DNA of 64,000 nt. Source: Nannocystis bainbridge (GTDB lineage: Bacteria > Myxococcota_A > Polyangia > Nannocystales > Nannocystaceae). A model generated the notes under the pieces. The model saw only the letters and a program-made list of their open reading frames with translations, was not told where the DNA came from and searched no databases. Made by a program: the position numbers and the translations under genes. The stretch covers positions 704,001-768,000 of the forward strand of contig NZ_JAQNDL010000001.1 in NCBI RefSeq assembly GCF_028368995.1. The letters run 5' to 3'. Positions 57,511 to 64,000 of the stretch are shown here, piece by piece (within the stretch, counting starts at the first letter, position 1; the number at the start of each line of letters is the position of its first letter).

Positions 57511-57945
57511 ATGAGCGAGTCGTTCATCCCCCGTGACGCCCGCGGCGTCATCGACACCCGTACCGAACGGCTGTGGCTTCACCCCGATGGTTACGTGATC
57601 GGCGAAGTGCGACCCGGCCTCATCGCCGACCTCGATGACGCGATCATCAACGTCGAGGCCGTGGCCAAGCTGGCCGTCGGCATTCCGCGGCCGCTGCTGC
57701 TCGACATGCGCGCCCACGCGAGCTCGGCGACCCGCGAATGTCGCGAGTACTACGCCGGCGCCGAGGCCCAGCGGGTCAACCTCGCGGTGGCGATGCTGGT
57801 GCGCTCGAACGTCAGCCGCGTGATCGGCAACTTCTTCCTCGGCCTCAACAAGACCCGCTTCCCGTTCCGCATGTTCGCCGACGTCGACGAGGCGACCGCC
57901 TGGCTGCGCAGCTTCATCGCCAAGGGCCCTGCCGAGCGGTCGTAG
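57511..57945 (+). CDS. STAS/SEC14-like (SpoIIAA-like) small protein
   Basis: PLLLDMR...REYY...AVAMLV.S.VSRVIGNFFL...P.RMF....EA.AWL. Confidence 0.75.
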   Translation: MSESFIPRDARGVIDTRTERLWLHPDGYVIGEVRPGLIADLDDAIINVEAVAKLAVGIPRPLLLDMRAHASSATRECREYYAGAEAQRVNLAVAMLVRSNVSRVIGNFFLGLNKTRFPFRMFADVDEATAWLRSFIAKGPAERS

Positions 57946-57955
57946 GGACGATCCC

Positions 57956-58339
57956 ATGGCCCAGCGAGAGATCGTCACCCGCACCGAACGGATCTGGATC
58001 GAGGACGGCATCGTGCGCTGCGTGGTGCTGGCCACGGCCACCCACACGCTTGAAGACGCCGAGGTGAACGCGCGCACCGTCGTCGAGCTGGCCGAGGGTC
58101 GCAAGCTGCCGATGCTGCTCGACACCCGGGACTCGCGCGGCCTCGACCGCGACGCGCGCCTCTTTTACGTCCGCCCCGAGGCCGCCGAGCAGGTCTCGGC
58201 GCTGGCGATGCTGATCGACTCGCAGATCGGCCGCATGTTCGGCAACTTCTACACCAACGTCCACAGGCCGCCGTTCCCGCTGCGCCTGTTCAACACCGAG
58301 AGCGACGCGGTCGCCTGGCTCAAAGCGCAGGTCGTGTGA
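57956..58339 (+). CDS. STAS/SEC14-like small protein, paralog of the previous gene
   Basis: TRTERIW, PMLLDTR, ALAMLI.S.IGRMFGNF, FPLRLF....DA.AWL. Confidence 0.75.
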   Translation: MAQREIVTRTERIWIEDGIVRCVVLATATHTLEDAEVNARTVVELAEGRKLPMLLDTRDSRGLDRDARLFYVRPEAAEQVSALAMLIDSQIGRMFGNFYTNVHRPPFPLRLFNTESDAVAWLKAQVV

Positions 58340-59445
58340 ACGATCCGTCAGGCCATCGGCCCGGGCGGGACCCCGCCGCGGAGCCACCGGACGCCCGCAT
58401 CGCCGCGCTGCTGCGGGCCGCCGCCGCGCTGGCGCCCGACGCCGCCGCGTTCGCCAGCGACCCGCGGGCCGCCGCCGAGACCGCCCTGGCCGTCGCCGCC
58501 GCCGAGCTCGCGGCCCTGCGCGCCTATCGCGAGCGGACCGAGCGGCAGATGGAGGAGCTCTTCAACACCATCACCGCCTACGCGGCGCTCGAGTACGACC
58601 GCCGCGCCGTGGTCCTCGACGACAACGACGAGCTCATCAACGCGATGGCGATCGGCCTCAACATGATGGGCGAGGAGCTGTCGCACACGATGAAGGCGCT
58701 GGTGCGCGCGCGCGACGAGGCGCTGGCCGCCAGCCGGGCCAAGAGCGCCTTCCTCGCCAACATCAGCCACGAGCTGCGCACGCCGCTGAACGCGATCATC
58801 GGCTACGCCGAGATCATCCGCGAGGACCTGGTCGAGACCGGCCAGGACGCGCTGACCCTCGACGTCGACCGCCTGCAGGTCGCCTCGCGCCACCTGCTCA
58901 ACCTCATCCAGGACGTCCTCGACCTCGCGCGCATCGAGGCCGGCCGCGTCGACGTGCGGCTCGAGACGACCGACCTGCGCACGCTGCTGCAGGAGCTGCA
59001 GACCACCCTGGCGCCCTCGGTCAAGGACGCCGGCAACGTGCTGCACGCGCGCGTGCAGGTCAGCCGCCCGCAGATCCTCACCGACCCGCTGCGGCTGCAG
59101 CAGATCCTGCTCAACATCCTCGGCAACGCCAACAAGTTCACCGTCGGCGGCGACATCACCCTCTCGGCCGGCGACCACGTCGAGCACGGCCGCGATTTCG
59201 TCGACATCACCGTCGCCGACACCGGCATCGGCATCCCCGCCGACAAGCTCGAGACCATCTTCGACGCCTTCACCCAGGTCGACGAGACCTCGACCCGCCG
59301 CTTCGGCGGCACCGGCCTCGGATTGGCCATCAGCCGCCGCCTGTGCGACCTGCTCGGCGGCTCGATCGTCGTCACCAGCGAGCTGCGCCGCGGCTCGACC
59401 TTCCGCGTGCGCCTGCCGGTCGACGGCCCCGAGCGGCACCGCTGA
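58336..59445 (+). CDS. cytoplasmic sensor histidine kinase
   Basis: AKSAFLANISHELRTPLNAIIG, QILLNILGNANKFT, DTGIGI, FTQVD, GGTGLGLAIS. Confidence 0.93.
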   Translation: MNDPSGHRPGRDPAAEPPDARIAALLRAAAALAPDAAAFASDPRAAAETALAVAAAELAALRAYRERTERQMEELFNTITAYAALEYDRRAVVLDDNDELINAMAIGLNMMGEELSHTMKALVRARDEALAASRAKSAFLANISHELRTPLNAIIGYAEIIREDLVETGQDALTLDVDRLQVASRHLLNLIQDVLDLARIEAGRVDVRLETTDLRTLLQELQTTLAPSVKDAGNVLHARVQVSRPQILTDPLRLQQILLNILGNANKFTVGGDITLSAGDHVEHGRDFVDITVADTGIGIPADKLETIFDAFTQVDETSTRRFGGTGLGLAISRRLCDLLGGSIVVTSELRRGSTFRVRLPVDGPERHR

Positions 59446-59480
59446 CCTGCTCGCCGGGACATGTCCTCGCAGACATGTCC
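59443..59480. repeat. 14-bp-phased CATG palindrome array (2 units + degenerate)
   Basis: CCTG 59446; CATG 59460, 59474; between convergent stops. Confidence 0.8.
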
Positions 59481-59491
59481 CGAGGCACAGC

Positions 59492-61471
59492 TCAGAACGA
59501 GCCGATCATCTTGAAGTAGACGATCGACGAGCCGGTCGCCCGCTGGCCGAAGTAGGTCTTGTCGCCGCCGAGCAGGGCGAAGCTGCCGAGCTCGAAGTTG
59601 ACGTAGCCCCACGGCGGCGCGAACAGCAGCGCCGGCGCGATCACCCCCGAGGGCCCCTTGGTCTTCGGGTTGTTGCCCGGCAGGTCGACCATGCCGAACG
59701 CGCGGAACACCAGCTTGCGGCCGAAGAAGATCAGGTCGGTGCCGCCGAGGATGTAGTTGCCGATGTGGCCGGCGCCGAACTCGTTGATCATGCCGCGCAG
59801 GTACTGCGCCTGCACGTACACGTGCTTGCCGAAGGTGTAGTCGAACCCGGCGGTGGCCTTGATGAACGGCTGCTTCTTGATCGCCGGGCCGGAGATGAAC
59901 GCCTCCGGGTTGGCCATGTTGTCGTTCGGCGTGACGTCGACGCCACCGCCGGGCAACGGCGGCAGGTCGATCGTGAACTGCCTGGCCTCGGGGATGATGA
60001 GGGCCGCCTCGCCCCACAGGCCCATGTTGCCGAGGAACGGCACCTGGGTGGCGAAATCGAGGCCGATGACCTGCATCTTGGGATAGATGAGGCGCACGTC
60101 CGAGCGGAAGTGATAGCCGTCCGGCGGGTCGGTCGGATCGTTGAGCGCGTGGACCTGCGTCGTCTTGGCCTCGACCGGCAGCGGGATGTCGTGGCGGCCG
60201 TAGTAGTACGACGCGCTGATGTCGACCTCGCCGAGCCGCGAGCCCATCTTGAACGCGAACTGCCCGTTGGAGAACTTGTTCTCGGGCATCTCGACGTGGC
60301 CGAACACCCGCGGCACCAGCTTGGGGTTCTTCGGCAGGTAGTCATCCTGCAGGTACGTGATCTTCGCCAGCTCGCGGTCGTTGGCGAACGGCGTCTCGGC
60401 GTACGGGTCCCTCAAGCCGGCGGCCGCCGACGGGGGCAGCAGCGCCGGGAAGAACAGCGGGATGTAGACGCCCTGGAAGTAGAGCTTGTCGCGGTCGCGC
60501 AGCGGCGAGTAGTCGATCACCGCCATCTGGTTGGCGATCGGCTCGGTGAACAGCGGCCGATCCTCGAGGTCGTCGGCGTTGATGTTGTTGGTCGGGTTGA
60601 ACTTGTCGGCGGTGCCCCACACGACGATCTGGCGCCCGATCTTGATGTCGAGGCCGGGGGCGATGTCGGTGAGGGCGACGTAGGCCGCGCGGCTCTCGAG
60701 GTGGAACCGCTGGATGTAGACCTGCGAGGCCAGGTCGTCGAGCTCGCGCGACTGGTTGGTGCCCATCAGCACCGGGTCGACCTCGCCGACCACCTGCACG
60801 TGCTTGTTCGGCGTGTACGCGAAGTAGAACTCGAAGCGGTTCTCGTTACGGCTGATCTTGCGCGTCTCGACGCGGTCGACGTCGTAGTGGAGGCTGCTGA
60901 TGATGCGGAAGCGCGTGTGCAGCTTGCCGCCCGTCTTCTGCAGGATCTGCTCGCTCGGGCTCTGCAGCTTCTGCTTGCCCACCGGCGCGTCGGCCTGCTT
61001 GCTCGCCGGCTCCGCCGTGGTCGAGACCGTCGTCGTCGGCCCGGTCGAAGCGCCCGCGGGCTGGCTGCTGCCGCCGCCGAACACGTCGTCCATCTCGAGG
61101 TCGCGCGCCGTGGTCGTGCCCGCCGGCTCGCTGCCCCGCGCCGGCGCCTCGGACGAACCAGTGTCGGCGCCAGCGCCGAACACGTCGTCCATCGACAGCG
61201 CGCCGCTATCGCCCGGCTTCGCGGCCGGCTTCGTTGCCTCGGGCGGCTTCGCTGCCTCGGCTGGCTTCGCTGCCTCGGGCGGCGGTTTGGCCGCGCCGGT
61301 GCCGAACACGTCGTCGACCGAGACGTCGGTGTTCGGCTTCGCCGTCTTGGCCGCGCCCGGCTTGTCCGGGACGCCCTCGGGGCCTTGATAGTCGCGAGCA
61401 GCAGGCGCATGGGTCACGGCCCAGAGCGCCCACTGCAGACAGGAGATCGTTACGCCGACGGGGGGTAGCAC
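59492..61471 (-). CDS. outer membrane beta-barrel protein (DUF1302-like) with repetitive N-terminal extension
   Basis: AYV.L...DIKIGRQIVVWGTADKFNPTNNIN, C-terminal ...YFKMIGSF; three DDVFG repeats in the N-terminus. Confidence 0.72.
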   Translation of the reverse strand: MLPPVGVTISCLQWALWAVTHAPAARDYQGPEGVPDKPGAAKTAKPNTDVSVDDVFGTGAAKPPPEAAKPAEAAKPPEATKPAAKPGDSGALSMDDVFGAGADTGSSEAPARGSEPAGTTTARDLEMDDVFGGGSSQPAGASTGPTTTVSTTAEPASKQADAPVGKQKLQSPSEQILQKTGGKLHTRFRIISSLHYDVDRVETRKISRNENRFEFYFAYTPNKHVQVVGEVDPVLMGTNQSRELDDLASQVYIQRFHLESRAAYVALTDIAPGLDIKIGRQIVVWGTADKFNPTNNINADDLEDRPLFTEPIANQMAVIDYSPLRDRDKLYFQGVYIPLFFPALLPPSAAAGLRDPYAETPFANDRELAKITYLQDDYLPKNPKLVPRVFGHVEMPENKFSNGQFAFKMGSRLGEVDISASYYYGRHDIPLPVEAKTTQVHALNDPTDPPDGYHFRSDVRLIYPKMQVIGLDFATQVPFLGNMGLWGEAALIIPEARQFTIDLPPLPGGGVDVTPNDNMANPEAFISGPAIKKQPFIKATAGFDYTFGKHVYVQAQYLRGMINEFGAGHIGNYILGGTDLIFFGRKLVFRAFGMVDLPGNNPKTKGPSGVIAPALLFAPPWGYVNFELGSFALLGGDKTYFGQRATGSSIVYFKMIGSF

Positions 61472-61488
61472 CGAAGGTCACGCGAAGA

Positions 61489-62259
61489 TCACCCGCGCAT
61501 CAGCGTGCGGCGGGAGAACAGATCGTCGGAGACAGGGGTCTTCACGTCGATCTCGGACAGGTTGATGACGGTCTCGTCGCCCGTCTTGAGGTTCTTCATG
61601 CGGATCTTGGTCGGGATCTGGGTCCCCTCGAACGGGGTCCACGCCTCGCGCACCTGGGTGCGGACGTGCTTGCCGGAGGGGTCGAAGTAGTGGATGCGAG
61701 AGACGCCGCCGACCTTCGAGTCGATGAAGATCTCGAGCTTGCTGAACGAGCTCGTCTGGCCGGTCTTCGGCTTGAGCACCAGCTTGGTCTCGTCGCCGGT
61801 CTTGCCGATCAGCTCGGCGTCGAACGACGGCGACAGCTTGGCGAGCACCATGTCCTCGGGCGTGAACTCGCTGCCGAGGAAGCCCTGGTTCTGCATGTGG
61901 GCCGCCACGCGGCGGACCTTCTGGAACTCGGGGCTGTACATGTAGATGGTGTCGCGGTCCTCCATGAGGATCTTCATGCCGGCGACATCACCAGGGGCGG
62001 TGAAGTGGATGAACTGCTTCTCCAGCCCCTTCATCGACATCTTGAAGACCATCGTCTGGCGGAGGTTGCCGCTCTTGAAGATCTCCATCGACGCCGTATA
62101 GGTCTGATCGGGGAACTTGGCGGCCCGCTCGTCGGCGACCTTGAGGATCGCAGCACCCTTGCTGAACGCGTCCTCGGCGGCGCTGACTGCTTGCGGGGCG
62201 ACCATCACGGTCGCGGGCAACACGAGGGCCGAGGCGAGGAGGAAGGTGACTGACTTCAT
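61489..62259 (-). CDS. outer membrane lipoprotein-sorting (LolA-like) protein
   Basis: Signal peptide; F.APGDVAG..IL, IYMYSP...KVRRVA, FLGSEFTPEDM. Confidence 0.85.
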   Translation of the reverse strand: MKSVTFLLASALVLPATVMVAPQAVSAAEDAFSKGAAILKVADERAAKFPDQTYTASMEIFKSGNLRQTMVFKMSMKGLEKQFIHFTAPGDVAGMKILMEDRDTIYMYSPEFQKVRRVAAHMQNQGFLGSEFTPEDMVLAKLSPSFDAELIGKTGDETKLVLKPKTGQTSSFSKLEIFIDSKVGGVSRIHYFDPSGKHVRTQVREAWTPFEGTQIPTKIRMKNLKTGDETVINLSEIDVKTPVSDDLFSRRTLMRG

Positions 62260-62495
62260 GGCTTCGAGCTCCGGATTGTATCAGGGGGACAGGTGACGCG
62301 CGCCGCCACGCCGGGCGACCGCACGCGGCGCGTTGGACGACCGGACTCGCCGGCTATTCTGCCCGGGCCGCGCCATGACACCCAGTTGTGGGCGATAAAG
62401 ACGGAGCGCGCCGCCCGAGAGCACGACCTCTCGCATGAGGCCGGTGATCCGGATCACACAAGTCACTCCGCGGCCTCCGCGACAGTGCTGCGCAC

Positions 62496-64000
62496 CTATT
62501 TGCGCACCCCCGGTCGCGCCAGCCAGGGCGCGAACCAGCAGGCGCCGAGGGCCGCGCCGACCAGCGCGATGGCGAGGCCGAGGCCGAGGTCCCGCAGCGG
62601 CGCCATCTCGGACGCGAGCAGCACGAGGAACGCCGCCGCGAGCTGCAACGCCGAGATGAGCGTGACCACGCCGATGTCACTGACGGCCCGCGCGCCCGCG
62701 TCGGCGGTCGTATAGGTGCGCGCGCGGAAGTTGAGGTGGATCGCAAAGTCGACGCCGGCGCCGACGGCGATGCAAGAGATCATGCTGGTGCCGACGCTGA
62801 TCGGCATGCCGAGCAGGCCGAAGATGCCCATCGTCACGCACAGACACCACACCGCCGGCACCAGCGCGAGCATCTGGCGCGCCAGCAGCAGCGTCAGCGC
62901 CAGGCCCACCAGCGACACGGCGGTCGAGGTGAACAGGCTGCGCGTGACGCTCTCCGCGAACGCGGCGCCGATCACAGGCTGGCCCGTGAGACGTGTCTTG
63001 AAGGACAGGTTGCGACCCTCGCCGTCGGCGACGCGCCACTCGTCGTCGTCGAGCTCCGACAGCGCGCCCTTCACCGAGCTGCAGCTCGGACCGGCCGCGT
63101 CGGCCGGCGCCTGCAGCGGCAGCTCGAGCGCGCCGCAGCGGGCCTCGACCTGGAAGCGCACCAGCGCGTCGTCGGCCCACGGCCCGAGGTGCTTGGCGAC
63201 GAAGCCGATGCCCTCCGGATCCTTGGCGGCGAGCGTCGGCAGCTTGCTGCGCAGCAGGGCCTCGAGCTCGGCGCCACGCGGCGCGACCAGGCTGGCCGGA
63301 TCGATCGCGTCGATCTCCTCGCGCGGCACGCCCTCGACCGGGCTGTCCTCGGAGTCGAGCGCGCGGTCGCGGACCTCGGTCAGCGCGGCGAGCAGCGCCG
63401 GCGACGGCGCGCTCGACGGTGAGGCCTGAATCAACTTGTCGGCGTCGACGGGCCGGCCGAGCAGCCGCGACAGCCGCTGCCCGACCTCCTGCACCTGAAC
63501 CGCGCGCACCTTGGGATCGGTGGTCGGCCCGACGACGAAGCGACCGGCGGCGTGGCGATCGAGCAGCGCCCGCACCGCGTCGGCGACTTCCACCTGCGCG
63601 TCGCCCGACATCGGCGCCAGCTTGATGTGGATCAGCGCGCCGGCGGTGTCGTCGGTGACGATCTGCGCGACCGCGGGGTGGCCCTGCAGCAGCGCGAACA
63701 CCCGCGACGCGCGACCCGGCGTCTCGGGCACGCCGCGGCGGCCGCCGAGCGCCTCGTTGAGCAGCGCGTGCGGCTCGACGATCGAGCGCACGTCGACCAC
63801 GCCCTCGATCGCCCGCACCTGCTCGGCGAGGTCGCGGATCTCTCGCAGCGCCGTCGGCTCGGCCAGCGCCTTGCGATCGCTGTCGCCGAGCTGCTCGGCC
63901 TCGACCGCGACCTGCAGGTACGTGGACCCGCCGAAGTGGTCGTTGAAGAACCGGTTCGAGCGCATCGGCTCGCTGTCCTCCGAGAACACCTCGGTCGGAT
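62496..64000 (-). CDS. MMPL/RND family transporter, 5' part outside the window
   Basis: F.EDSE.......F...FGGS, LTGQPVI, CIAVGAGVDFAIH, multiple C-terminal TM helices. Confidence 0.85.
   Translation of the reverse strand, partial: PTEVFSEDSEPMRSNRFFNDHFGGSTYLQVAVEAEQLGDSDRKALAEPTALREIRDLAEQVRAIEGVVDVRSIVEPHALLNEALGGRRGVPETPGRASRVFALLQGHPAVAQIVTDDTAGALIHIKLAPMSGDAQVEVADAVRALLDRHAAGRFVVGPTTDPKVRAVQVQEVGQRLSRLLGRPVDADKLIQASPSSAPSPALLAALTEVRDRALDSEDSPVEGVPREEIDAIDPASLVAPRGAELEALLRSKLPTLAAKDPEGIGFVAKHLGPWADDALVRFQVEARCGALELPLQAPADAAGPSCSSVKGALSELDDDEWRVADGEGRNLSFKTRLTGQPVIGAAFAESVTRSLFTSTAVSLVGLALTLLLARQMLALVPAVWCLCVTMGIFGLLGMPISVGTSMISCIAVGAGVDFAIHLNFRARTYTTADAGARAVSDIGVVTLISALQLAAAFLVLLASEMAPLRDLGLGLAIALVGAALGACWFAPWLARPGVRK

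Overview
A very GC-rich window that looks myxobacterial, probably Nannocystis-like; this is inferred from DUF4215-type Cys-rich repeats, many Thr-rich lipoproteins and DUF2169/DUF4150 genes. It holds about 55 probable CDS/pseudogenes and no rRNA, tRNA or CRISPR array that I could see. Main contents: (i) a complete RiPP locus (21.9-30.3 kb, minus strand) with three tandem double-glycine precursors, an ATP-grasp ligase, a SPASM-only partner, an erythromycin-esterase-family lipoprotein, a C39 peptidase ABC exporter and two adaptors; (ii) two orphan T6SS-type effector modules (Eag chaperone plus prePAAR/PAAR protein; DUF2169 - thiolase-like - DUF4150/deaminase-like toxin - SMI1 immunity); (iii) a two-desaturase/crotonase/cfa lipid-modification operon; (iv) two P450s, a Tat-exported cytokinin-dehydrogenase-like oxidase, a halogenase-like flavoprotein and a LonC-like protease; (v) a decayed patch with an IS3 remnant and chimeric pseudogenes. 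The most striking non-coding signal is a dispersed family of intergenic arrays of the palindrome RRRCATGYYY (GGACATGTCC-like) repeated with a 14-bp period. It occurs at 13 loci, almost all directly behind stop codons. All family assignments come from motif recognition by eye; no database search was run.
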